Shown: positions 41,864-50,915 of the stretch, piece by piece
Layout of the letters: every line of letters starts with the position of its first letter
Numbering within the stretch: the first letter of the stretch is position 1
Assembly (NCBI GenBank): GCA_964005815.1
Contig: CAXFSR010000022.1
Coordinates: forward strand, 1 to 61,723
Origin: an uncultured Nitrospinaceae bacterium
GTDB lineage: Bacteria > UBA8248
Length of the DNA stretch: 61,723 bases
Direction: 5' to 3'
Made by a program: the position numbers and the translations under genes
The notes under the pieces: model-generated
Told to the model about the DNA's origin: nothing
The model's input: the letters and a program-made list of their open reading frames with translations, nothing else
The model's database searches: none

Positions 41864-42493
41864 TCAATCCGAAACAGTCTTTAAAATTTCCTTAGTAGAA
41901 TGAAATGGATCATCGGAACCTAAAATAGAACCTACTACTGCAACTCCATACGCTCCAGCATCTATGCAATCGTGTGCATTTATAGAGGAAATTCCCCCTA
42001 AAGCATAAACATGACCTGAAACTTTATCAATTTCATCTCTAAAAATCTCAAGACCTAAATTCTGCACCGATTTCGTTTTGCTTACGGGTTGAAAAACAGG
42101 ACTTAAAGTCACGTAATCCGCCCCGAACTTAAAGGCTTCTTTTGCTTCATCTACCGTATGTGCAGAATAACCGATAATGCCTTCAAACTTCAACTTGTTC
42201 TTTACAACTTGAATCGGCAGAGTACTCCTTCCAAGATGAACACCAACCGCATTAAGAGCAAGAGCAAGAGAAGGATCTCCATTCACTATTAATTTAACTC
42301 CATATGAATCCGCAAGTTTTTTTACTTCTTTACCAAGCAAGAATCTCTCCTGATTTGGCAAATCTTTTTCTCTAAATTGGAGTAAACGCAAGCCCGCCGA
42401 GAAAGAAGCATCTAAAGCTGCTAGAAGATCAGATCCTTGTATCACCAATCTATCAGTTATTAATAAGAGACGTTCTATTATATAATCTCCCAA
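41864..42493 (-). CDS. thiE: Thiamine phosphate synthase
   Basis: QFREK, GVHLG, GYSAH, ALGGI; within thiS-thiG operon. Confidence 0.85.
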   Translation of the reverse strand: MGDYIIERLLLITDRLVIQGSDLLAALDASFSAGLRLLQFREKDLPNQERFLLGKEVKKLADSYGVKLIVNGDPSLALALNAVGVHLGRSTLPIQVVKNKLKFEGIIGYSAHTVDEAKEAFKFGADYVTLSPVFQPVSKTKSVQNLGLEIFRDEIDKVSGHVYALGGISSINAHDCIDAGAYGVAVVGSILGSDDPFHSTKEILKTVSD

Positions 42494-42497
42494 AAAT

Positions 42498-43271
42498 TTA
42501 AGACCCTATAATCCCTTCAAGTGGACTGGAAGCTTCAGCAAAAAGTTTAGTTGGAATTCTCCCAGCTTCAAAAGCAAGTCTTCCGGCTTCAATTCCGTTT
42601 TTCATCGCAAGGGCCATCTTCACAGGATCATCCGCACCTGCAATTGCAGTCTGCATTAAAACAGCTGTTGAACCTAGCTCCATAGCAATAGCAGCATCTG
42701 ATGCAGTCCCAACACCCGCGTCTACAATCACTGGAATTGATATTTTTTGAAGAATAATTTTCAAATTAAATGGGTTACGTATTCCTAGACCAGAACCTAT
42801 TGGTGCAGCAAGAGGCATAACTGCATGACAACCTAGGTCCTCAAGTTTCTGACATATAACAGGATCGTCAATACAATATGGAAGCACTATAAAGTCATCT
42901 TTTAATAATATTTCACAAGCTTCTAAAAGACCTTCATTATCAGGGAAAAGTGTAGATTCATCTCCAATCACTTCAACTTTTACCATGTCAGAACCTGTAG
43001 CTTCTCTAGCAAGTCGAGCAGTAGTAATTGCACTTTTCACATCAAAACAACCAGCGGTATTTGGCAGAATGGTATATTTTTCACGATCAAAAAAAGCCCA
43101 AAACCCTTCTTTACTATCATCACTAAGATCTACTCTTCTAACCGCAACAGTAACAATCTCTGCTCCACTAGCATCAAGAGCATCTTTCATAACACCGAAA
43201 TTTGGATATTTACCTGAACCAACCCATAAACGGGATGAAAATGTCCTCCCTGCTATTTCATATGTACTCAT
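42498..43271 (-). CDS. thiG: Thiazole synthase
   Basis: [30 protein letters not shown]. Confidence 0.98.
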   Translation of the reverse strand: MSTYEIAGRTFSSRLWVGSGKYPNFGVMKDALDASGAEIVTVAVRRVDLSDDSKEGFWAFFDREKYTILPNTAGCFDVKSAITTARLAREATGSDMVKVEVIGDESTLFPDNEGLLEACEILLKDDFIVLPYCIDDPVICQKLEDLGCHAVMPLAAPIGSGLGIRNPFNLKIILQKISIPVIVDAGVGTASDAAIAMELGSTAVLMQTAIAGADDPVKMALAMKNGIEAGRLAFEAGRIPTKLFAEASSPLEGIIGS

Positions 43272-43299
43272 TTGTTCCTCCTAAATTGAAATTCAAAAC

Positions 43300-43500
43300 T
43301 TATCCACCTCCCACCGCACGCACTATTTCTATTTCATCCCCATCATTTAAAATTGTTTCATCGTATTGATTTCTAGCAACTATTTCCATATTAATGGCAA
43401 CTGCTACACCATTTACCTGTACTTGTAAAATCTCAAGTAATTTTGATAGATTGATAGAGTTTGCGAAGTCTTTGGTTTCGCCATTAATACTTAATCTCAA
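43300..43500 (-). CDS. thiS: Sulfur carrier protein
   Basis: 66 aa ubiquitin-like, C-terminal AVGGG. Confidence 0.95.
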   Translation of the reverse strand: MRLSINGETKDFANSINLSKLLEILQVQVNGVAVAINMEIVARNQYDETILNDGDEIEIVRAVGGG

Positions 43501-43511
43501 TAAAATCCCCT

Positions 43512-43538
43512 AAAAAAAAACCGCACGAAAAATGCGGT
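43512..43538 (-). terminator. Riboswitch-controlled intrinsic terminator
   Basis: ACCGCA-TTTTTCG-TGCGGT followed by a T-run, between the TPP aptamer and the thiS SD. Confidence 0.85.
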
Positions 43539-43560
43539 ATAAGAAATATTCATGTCATAC

Positions 43561-43640
43561 CGCTTCCCTTCGCTGGAATTATCCAGATCAGGTTCTAAGG
43601 GTTGCCAATACCTAGGCTCTCAGAAGAAACACCCCTAGCG
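43561..43640 (-). ncRNA. TPP riboswitch aptamer
   Basis: GGGGTG...CTGAGA...ACCCTTAGAACCTGATCTGGATAATTCCAGCGAAGGGAA upstream of thiSGE. Confidence 0.95.
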
Positions 43641-43655
43641 AAAGTTATTAAACAA

Positions 43656-43683
43656 ATCATACCTTTTAAAAAAATTGTGTCAA
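43656..43683 (-). promoter_or_regulatory. Sigma70-type promoter of the thi operon
   Basis: TTGACA-16 nt-TATGAT just upstream of the aptamer. Confidence 0.65.
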
Positions 43684-43754
43684 ATTGATTATAATTTAAA
43701 CATAGGCAAATTTATGTAATAATGTATTATCTTTAAATTATTTTTGAGGATTAT

Positions 43755-44855
43755 ATGAAAGCTGCAATTCTTGTTGAAACAAACAAGCCGTTAGAAATTC
43801 ATAATATAGAACTTGAATCTTTAAAAGAGGGTGAAGTCCTTATTAAAATGGTGGCTGCAGGTGTTTGTCACAGCGATCATCATGCAATGGTAGGACACTT
43901 TCCAACGCGTACTCCTATTATTCTAGGCCATGAAGGCGCAGGCATTATTGAAGAAGTTGGTCCAAACGTAAAATCGCTAAAAAAAGGAGACCATGTCGTC
44001 TCTGTATGGAGATATAGTTGCGGAGAATGCGAGCCATGTATGTCTGGTAGACCAGCTACTTGTGGCGAGGGTGCTAGGATGAGAGCAGATGGAACTCTCT
44101 CAGATGGAACAACAAGATTTAAATTAAAAAATGAAAAAGTGCATCACTTTCTAGGTGTTTCCACATTCAGTTCCCACTCTATAGCTTCAGAAAAATCCGT
44201 TATGAAGATTAGAGAAGATATGCCACTTGAAAAGGCAGCACTTGTCAGTTGTGGAGTTATTACAGGCTTTGGCGCGGTGAAAAATGCAGCAAAAGTTCAA
44301 CCTGGAGAAAGCGTTGCTGTCTTTGGCACTGGAGGAGTTGGACTGAACGCTATACAAGGAGCTTCTATAATGGGAGCGGAACCAATAATTGCTGTTGACC
44401 TACTTCAAAACAAACTAGAATTTGCTAAAAAATTCGGGGCTACGCACACTATCAACTCATCAGATGAAAATGCAGAAGAAAGAATTCTAGAAATCACTAA
44501 TGGACTTGGCGTTCACTATGCATTCGAAATGATTGGAGTACCTCAAGTTATGTCAACAGCATTTAACAGTTTAAGAACAGGAGGAACGGTTGTAGTAAGT
44601 GGTCTTGCACAGTTTGAATCTGAAGTTTCAATTCCATCTGTTCCACTAGTTCTTCAAGAAAAAAAACTAATGGGTTCTCTTTATGGTTCGACAAATCCAA
44701 GGTTAGAAGTCCCTAGATTGATTGACCTTTACCTTGCAGGAAAACTCAATCTTGATGACTTATTAACTAGAAGCTATCCTATTGAAGAAATCAATGATGC
44801 TTACGATGCGTTAATCAAAGGAGAAGTTGCAAGAAGCATTATTAAACATGATTAG
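43755..44855 (+). CDS. Zn-dependent alcohol dehydrogenase (class III-like)
   Basis: GVCHSD, GHEGAG, CGECEPC...C, GTGGVG. Confidence 0.93.
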   Translation: MKAAILVETNKPLEIHNIELESLKEGEVLIKMVAAGVCHSDHHAMVGHFPTRTPIILGHEGAGIIEEVGPNVKSLKKGDHVVSVWRYSCGECEPCMSGRPATCGEGARMRADGTLSDGTTRFKLKNEKVHHFLGVSTFSSHSIASEKSVMKIREDMPLEKAALVSCGVITGFGAVKNAAKVQPGESVAVFGTGGVGLNAIQGASIMGAEPIIAVDLLQNKLEFAKKFGATHTINSSDENAEERILEITNGLGVHYAFEMIGVPQVMSTAFNSLRTGGTVVVSGLAQFESEVSIPSVPLVLQEKKLMGSLYGSTNPRLEVPRLIDLYLAGKLNLDDLLTRSYPIEEINDAYDALIKGEVARSIIKHD

Positions 44856-44902
44856 AAAGAATTTAATTACAAACTTTCATAAATTCCTCAAAAAGCATAT
44901 AA

Positions 44903-45685
44903 ATGAAAACGCCAGAAAATCAAAGAGCAAAAGTTCAAGAAATCTACAATGAAGACTCTAAATTTTACGTTACTAGTTCATTCCATTCTGCTAGTAGTTC
45001 ACTTACTAGATGTGTAGAGATTCTTAACCCCTCTAAAGGGATTTTATTAGATATCGCAACCGGTGGAGGGCATGTTGCGATTAAAATGTCAGAACATTGT
45101 GATCTAATCATTGCGAGTGATTTAACAAGAGGCATGCTAGAATCGACCAGAGAGCATGCAACAAACAAAAAAATACAGAATATGTATTTTTTAAGAACTG
45201 ATTCAGAAAGTATCTCAATTTCTGATTCTTCATTGGATTATGTTTCTGTGAGGATTGCTTCTCATCACTTTTCAAAGATCAGTTCATTCGTAGAAGAAGT
45301 GTTTAGAGTTCTTAAACCCGGCGGAAAATTTATCTTCGTTGATAATATTTGTCCTGAAGAAGAGACAGAAGCAGAACTTTACAACACTTTCGAAAGAAAA
45401 CGTGATCCAAGTCATAATATATGTTTATCGATGCCAAAATTAAATAAAATTTTTCTAAATTCAGGATTTAAAATACTCCATACAGAAAAAATAAAAAAGA
45501 AAATGGATTTTCCTGAATGGGTAGATAGGCCTCATATAAATGAAAAAATCATATTTGAATTAGAAAATTTATTATCAAATAGTTCTTTAACTCTAAAGAA
45601 ATGGTTAAATCCAAGGACAGAAAAAGGGAAATTGTTCTTTGATGAAATTGAAGGCTTGATTCTTGCAGAAAAACCAACTCATTGA
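44903..45685 (+). CDS. Class I SAM-dependent methyltransferase
   Basis: LDIATGGGH, RIASHHF, RVLKPGG, RDPSH. Confidence 0.88.
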   Translation: MKTPENQRAKVQEIYNEDSKFYVTSSFHSASSSLTRCVEILNPSKGILLDIATGGGHVAIKMSEHCDLIIASDLTRGMLESTREHATNKKIQNMYFLRTDSESISISDSSLDYVSVRIASHHFSKISSFVEEVFRVLKPGGKFIFVDNICPEEETEAELYNTFERKRDPSHNICLSMPKLNKIFLNSGFKILHTEKIKKKMDFPEWVDRPHINEKIIFELENLLSNSSLTLKKWLNPRTEKGKLFFDEIEGLILAEKPTH

Positions 45686-45686
45686 A

Positions 45687-47048
45687 ATGAAAACCAAACA
45701 TAAATTAATAGAAGATGACCTTAAATATCTCTGGCATCCCTTTACACCAACGGAAGAATGGGAAAATGAAGATCCTCCATTAATTATTAAAGAAGGGAAA
45801 GGTTCCTATTTAATTGATATTGAGGGAAAAGAGTATTTAGATGGAGTTTCTTCATTATGGGTTAATCTTCATGGTCACAGAAAAAACAAAATTGATACTG
45901 CTATCAAAAATCAACTGAAAAAAATAGCACACAGCACTCAATTGGGTATGGGAAATGATATTACAATTGAATTAGCAAAAACATTGATTTCTATCGTCCC
46001 GAAAGGACTATCAAGAGTTTTTTTCTCTGACAATGGCTCTACTGCTGTAGAAGCTGCCATGAAAATTGCTTTCCAATATCAATTGCAACGTTCAGAACCA
46101 AAACCCGAAAAATCGAATTTCTTAACATTAAATCTTGGATATCATGGTGATACTATTGGAGCAGTAAGCCTGGGAGGAATTGAATCATTTCATTTTAAAT
46201 TCTCTCCTCTTTTATTCCAAACAATTCGAGTAGAAACACCTTATTGTTACTGGTGTCCAAGAGGCTCTACAAAACCGCCATGCTCGGTTTGCTCAGGAGA
46301 AGAAATAGTAACACACATATCGAATAATGCTGACAGAATTGCTGGAGTAGTCATAGAACCAATAATTCAGGGAGCATCTGGAATGATTATGCAAAAAAAA
46401 GGATTCCTTAAAAAAATTAGGAACGCATGCGATGAACATGATGTGCTCTTAATTGCTGATGAAGTCGCTACAGGATTTGGCAGAACAGGTAAAATGTTTG
46501 CATGCGAACACGAAAATATTTGTCCAGATATTATTTGTTTAGCGAAAGGATTATCTGCAGGATACTTACCTATTTCTGCGACAATTACAACAGAAAAGAT
46601 TTTTGACGCTTTTCGAGGAGAATACAAAGAAGGAAAAATGTTTGCCCACGGCCATTCTTATACTGGGAATCCTTTAGCATGTGCAGCTGCTTTAGCAAAT
46701 CTTGAAATTTTTAAAAAAGAAAAAACCATAGATAAGATTCAGCCAAAAATCCATACTCTTTGGCAAGAAGCAAAAAAGCTGGAAAAACTAAATTTTGTAG
46801 GGGATGTGAGAGGAATAGGCTTAATGCTAGGCATTGAACTTATGAAAGACAAATTTAAAAAAATACCCTTTCAAGTACATGAAAGGGTCGCAAGAAAAAT
46901 CACTTTAATGGTCAGGAAAGAAGGATTGGCAATTAGACCATTAGGTGATGTATTAGTTTTTATGCCTCCATTTTCAATTTCGAAAAAAGAGATCAAATGG
47001 GCCTTGAAAACTATTGGAAATGCTATCAAGGAAATTCGAGTTAATTAA
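45687..47048 (+). CDS. bioA: 7,8-diaminopelargonate aminotransferase
   Basis: LWHPFT, SSLWVNLHGH, YHGDT, DEVATGFGRTG, AKGLSAGYLP. Confidence 0.93.
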   Translation: MKTKHKLIEDDLKYLWHPFTPTEEWENEDPPLIIKEGKGSYLIDIEGKEYLDGVSSLWVNLHGHRKNKIDTAIKNQLKKIAHSTQLGMGNDITIELAKTLISIVPKGLSRVFFSDNGSTAVEAAMKIAFQYQLQRSEPKPEKSNFLTLNLGYHGDTIGAVSLGGIESFHFKFSPLLFQTIRVETPYCYWCPRGSTKPPCSVCSGEEIVTHISNNADRIAGVVIEPIIQGASGMIMQKKGFLKKIRNACDEHDVLLIADEVATGFGRTGKMFACEHENICPDIICLAKGLSAGYLPISATITTEKIFDAFRGEYKEGKMFAHGHSYTGNPLACAAALANLEIFKKEKTIDKIQPKIHTLWQEAKKLEKLNFVGDVRGIGLMLGIELMKDKFKKIPFQVHERVARKITLMVRKEGLAIRPLGDVLVFMPPFSISKKEIKWALKTIGNAIKEIRVN

Positions 47049-47818
47049 GGTTTTCTAGAAGGAATTCCAACTGGATTTATTTTCTCTTTTTCCTGCGTTC
47101 TTTTTTCTAATGAGATTTTAGGTACTCCAGCAGGACTGATTTTTCTTTTCTCAAATATTTCTTCCCTCAATCCACGAACCGGCGAATCCTTAGTATTTAG
47201 AATTATAATTTCTCTCTCAGAAACCAAATCTTTCTTCATAGTCAAGGAGCCTAAGATCGAAATTGAACCTGAAAGTGTTAATGCTTCCTGTCCCTCAATA
47301 AGCAGAACTATTCTTGGAAACTTTCGTGAAATATTTTTGGAAATACTATATACGAGCGAATTAAGAGTAATCAATTCAGACAATGCTCCACCAATATGAT
47401 TTTTAGATATAGAACGATCAAAATCTAAATATAAAACACCATCCTCTCCCTTAAAAACGGATCTCAACTTCGTTTTCTTAGGAATCGTAGGAACAAATCC
47501 ATCTCTTTCTGGCCCCTTCATTAAAAGTTTAATAATATTCTCTATGAATTCTATTTCATTTTTTCCTTTTGATATTTTAACGATATATTTTTTCAGAATA
47601 TTTTTTTCAGAACTCCCAAAAAAAAGAGAAGCTCTAAAATCTCCATTCTCAGAATCATTCTTATCTAAAGATGATTCTTTTTTTATTCCCTGATTTTCTC
47701 TCATAAAAGAGATAATTAAATCCCCATACGAATAGCCAAAGAAAACAGCAAAAAAAACTATCGCGATAAAAAAAAGAAAGTATGAAATTATCTTTTTCTG
47801 CATATCATTACTTCTCAA
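47045..47818 (-). CDS. Membrane-anchored GerMN-domain protein
   Basis: N-terminal TM; LMKGP, TIPKKTKL, LYLDF, GGALSE, LIEGQ. Confidence 0.8.
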   Translation of the reverse strand: MRSNDMQKKIISYFLFFIAIVFFAVFFGYSYGDLIISFMRENQGIKKESSLDKNDSENGDFRASLFFGSSEKNILKKYIVKISKGKNEIEFIENIIKLLMKGPERDGFVPTIPKKTKLRSVFKGEDGVLYLDFDRSISKNHIGGALSELITLNSLVYSISKNISRKFPRIVLLIEGQEALTLSGSISILGSLTMKKDLVSEREIIILNTKDSPVRGLREEIFEKRKISPAGVPKISLEKRTQEKEKINPVGIPSRKP

Positions 47819-47844
47819 ATATAATTTAGAGTTATGTATTATAA

Positions 47845-48639
47845 CTATTGAAATTTAATATCAAAAAAAGTTAAAACTTCCGATACAATGGAACTAATAT
47901 AGGAATTTTTTTCATTAATTTCCGACAGCCTCGCCTCATCTTCTGGAGAAGAAATTACACCCATATTTATATAAACTGCAGGCATTCTTGCACCTTCAAG
48001 AATTTTTAAAGGTAGTATATGAAATTCTGCCTTTTTGCTCTTATCAATGCTATCAAATTGTTTCAGAAGCCTTTTTGCGAAACCGATACTTTTTACAAGA
48101 TGGACATTTTGACCTCGTTCCCAACGATAACTTACAGCGATTTGTGACTCTCCTTTTAGACGAGCAGGACGTTGTGGAGATGAAACAAAAACACTTGGAC
48201 CTCTATCTCCTATTCTCCAAGAAGCATCAGCGTGGATAGTTAGGAAAAGATCAGCGTTGTTATAATTAGCAACTCCAGTTCGCTGTGAATTTGTCAGTTC
48301 TTTATCAGTTTCTCTTGTAAGAATTACCTTGATTTTTTTATGTCTTGATATTTTATTTTTCAAAAGTCTTGCAACTTTTAGAGATAGTATTTTTTCATTT
48401 AAATTCACACCTTTACTTCCTGAATCTCTACCGCCATGCGCAGGGTCAATTACTACGACATAACTATTGGAATCATTTGAAGTCTTTTTTTCCAATGGAT
48501 CATTGTGATTAATAGCAAAAGAAAAATCATGGGGGAAAAAGCAAAGAATTGAAACTACATGGAGAATGACAAAAATCTTGTAAATATTACATTTCATTTT
48601 TCGCTCATTTTTTATAGAAATTAAAAAATACACTATCAA
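47845..48639 (-). CDS. N-acetylmuramoyl-L-alanine amidase family 3 (possibly inactive)
   Basis: IDPAHGG, EK, LTRETD, ADLFLTIHAD; PAVYIN in place of PAVLVE. Confidence 0.85.
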   Translation of the reverse strand: MIVYFLISIKNERKMKCNIYKIFVILHVVSILCFFPHDFSFAINHNDPLEKKTSNDSNSYVVVIDPAHGGRDSGSKGVNLNEKILSLKVARLLKNKISRHKKIKVILTRETDKELTNSQRTGVANYNNADLFLTIHADASWRIGDRGPSVFVSSPQRPARLKGESQIAVSYRWERGQNVHLVKSIGFAKRLLKQFDSIDKSKKAEFHILPLKILEGARMPAVYINMGVISSPEDEARLSEINEKNSYISSIVSEVLTFFDIKFQ

Positions 48640-48738
48640 AGAATGATATTTATGATTATACTTAATTAGCTCTTTTTATTAGTTTTTCAAGCTAATAGGA
48701 ACAGATACTTATTCTCCTGTCCTCAATCATTCGAGAAA

Positions 48739-49212
48739 ATGAAAAACAAAAAAGAATTACACCCTATCAATAAGTTAATTGGAATACTACTTATCTTTCT
48801 TCTATCAACATCTATGATAAGTTGTCAAATTTTTCGTTTAAGTGGAGAAAATGACTCTGAAAAAAAGACAGAATTTCAAGAAAAACTTAATAAAAAAAAC
48901 TATAGACTCAAAGATGTACCAGTACCAAGAAAATTTAAACTTATTACAAAGAAATCCTTTATGTTTGAATCAACAGGCACCAGAGCAGGAAATCTAGTAT
49001 ATGTGGGAGAGGCTAATTATGTAAATGTTATAAATTTTTATAAAGATAATATGCACTCCTACGGTTGGTCGATGGTAAGAACTTTTGAACAAAAATCAAC
49101 TTTAATGACTTTCCAGAAAAAGGGTTGGATTACTCATATTCATGTGCAACCTGATGATTCATTTGTACAAATAGATATCAGTATAGGGCCAGATGAAAAA
49201 ATAAAGAGATAG
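48739..49212 (+). CDS. Hypothetical lipoprotein
   Basis: Signal peptide ending in MISC lipobox; DVPVP. Confidence 0.7.
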   Translation: MKNKKELHPINKLIGILLIFLLSTSMISCQIFRLSGENDSEKKTEFQEKLNKKNYRLKDVPVPRKFKLITKKSFMFESTGTRAGNLVYVGEANYVNVINFYKDNMHSYGWSMVRTFEQKSTLMTFQKKGWITHIHVQPDDSFVQIDISIGPDEKIKR

Positions 49213-49251
49213 AAATTTTCACAATTAATCTAAGAATAGGAGTAAAACTTT

Positions 49252-49812
49252 TTGTCAGAAAGAAAAAAGGATTTAGAAAAGCTCCGAAGCCTTTTACTTA
49301 AGAAATCATACGAAAAAAAACAAGTCATTTTGGCTTCAGGAAAAGAAAGTGATTTTTATGTCGATTGCAGACAAGTTACCCTTCATGGAATCGGTTCAGT
49401 ATTAGTCGGGAAACTTATTTATGAGATTTTAAAAGAAACGCAGTGTCAAGCCGTTGGAGGTCCTACTCTTGGTGCAGACCCAATGGTAACTGCGGTTTCT
49501 TTAACTGCCGCACTCAATGGTCAAGATCTACCAGCTTTTATTATAAGAAAAAATGACAAACAACATGGTCTACAAAATAGGATAGAAGGTCTAAAGAATC
49601 TGGAAAAGGATATGAAAGTTGCTATAGTAGAAGACGTTGTTACTACCGCAAGTTCGACGATTATGGCTATAGAAGCGTCAGAAGCAAATAATCTCATAGT
49701 TCAAGAAATAATTTGTCTTGTAGACAGAGAAGAAGGTGGAAAAGAAATTCTTGCTGAGAAAGGGTATAAACTTAAATCGCTGTTCACAAAAACTACACTC
49801 CTCAAAGAGTGA
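49252..49812 (+). CDS. pyrE: Orotate phosphoribosyltransferase
   Basis: LASGKESDFYVDCR, GGPTLGADP, VEDVVTT, VDREEGG. Confidence 0.96.
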   Translation: MSERKKDLEKLRSLLLKKSYEKKQVILASGKESDFYVDCRQVTLHGIGSVLVGKLIYEILKETQCQAVGGPTLGADPMVTAVSLTAALNGQDLPAFIIRKNDKQHGLQNRIEGLKNLEKDMKVAIVEDVVTTASSTIMAIEASEANNLIVQEIICLVDREEGGKEILAEKGYKLKSLFTKTTLLKE

Positions 49813-49862
49813 TAAAACTATTAAGTATTTTTTGATTTTATAAATCGAAAGATTTTCAAAAA

Positions 49863-50906
49863 ATGATAGAGCCTATTGAATTTAAAGAAAATTTTTGGGA
49901 ATCTATTGATTTTTATCATGAAAAAGGTTGGACAGACGGACTGCCTGTAATTCCTCCAACCAAAGAAATGATAGAAAGTTTCCTTGATTCGGGTGGAATT
50001 ACAGAAGGACAGATAGTTTTCGAAGTACCTGAAAGAAAAAGAAGTGTTAGTGCTGAAAAGATAGCAATCAATGCAATTTTGGCAGGTTGCCTACCAATTT
50101 ATATGCCTGTAATTATCTCGGCACTCGAGGCAATGGCAGACCCAGAATATAATATTCATTCAAGTGCATCTAGTACAGGTGGAGCAGCTCCTTTTATTCT
50201 TATAAACGGTCCAATCCGTTCTGAAATATCCCTTAATTCAGGAACAAATTTTTACGGACCTGGTACTAGAGCTAATGCATCAATTGGTAGAGCAATAAGA
50301 TTGATTTTAATTAACTGTTTAGGCGCAAAGCCTGGTCTTATGGATCGTTCTACACAAGGGAATCCCGGAAAATACAGTTTAACTTTTGGAGAAAATGAAG
50401 AACTGAGCCCATGGGAGCCACTAAGTATGGAATTAGGCTTTAAAAAAGAAGAAAGCACGGTAACACTACTAGCAACAGAAGGACCTCACAATATTCAAAA
50501 CCATTATGGGCAGTCAAAGGGAATTTTAGATACTGCTTGTCATACCATGTCTTCTCTTGGGAGTATGAGTGAAGGACAAAGTTTCTTCGTTTTTTCTCCT
50601 GAACATGCAAAAATTATTAGTGAAGAATATAAGACTAAACAAGAAATAAAAGAGTATATTTTTGAGAATGCTAAAATATCTGAGGATATTCTTATAGAAT
50701 CTGGAAAAATTAATAATAACGGATGGGCTGATGAAAAAGGAAATGTGAGACATGCTCTTACTCCAGATGATATCTTTATTGTTGTTGCTGGTGGAGAAGC
50801 GGGCGGACATTCATCTTGGGTCCCCTCATGGAGCAGAAGAAGAAATGGAATAACAGTTACCAAAAAAATACTATCTTCAAAATCTCGACTTTTACAGACG
50901 TCCTAG
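49863..50906 (+). CDS. Uncharacterised protein, partner of the UGSC (seleno)protein
   Basis: GWTDGLPVIPPT, NAILAGC, RANASIGRA, ENEELSPW, IVVAGG; its stop overlaps the SD of the next gene. Confidence 0.8.
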   Translation: MIEPIEFKENFWESIDFYHEKGWTDGLPVIPPTKEMIESFLDSGGITEGQIVFEVPERKRSVSAEKIAINAILAGCLPIYMPVIISALEAMADPEYNIHSSASSTGGAAPFILINGPIRSEISLNSGTNFYGPGTRANASIGRAIRLILINCLGAKPGLMDRSTQGNPGKYSLTFGENEELSPWEPLSMELGFKKEESTVTLLATEGPHNIQNHYGQSKGILDTACHTMSSLGSMSEGQSFFVFSPEHAKIISEEYKTKQEIKEYIFENAKISEDILIESGKINNNGWADEKGNVRHALTPDDIFIVVAGGEAGGHSSWVPSWSRRRNGITVTKKILSSKSRLLQTS

Positions 50907-50915
50907 GAGAAAAAA

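Noticed and set aside
48666..48695. TTAGC...GCTAA inverted repeat resembling CIRCE
   Set aside because: 30 bp rather than 27, the inner arms do not match, and the flanking genes are not heat-shock genes
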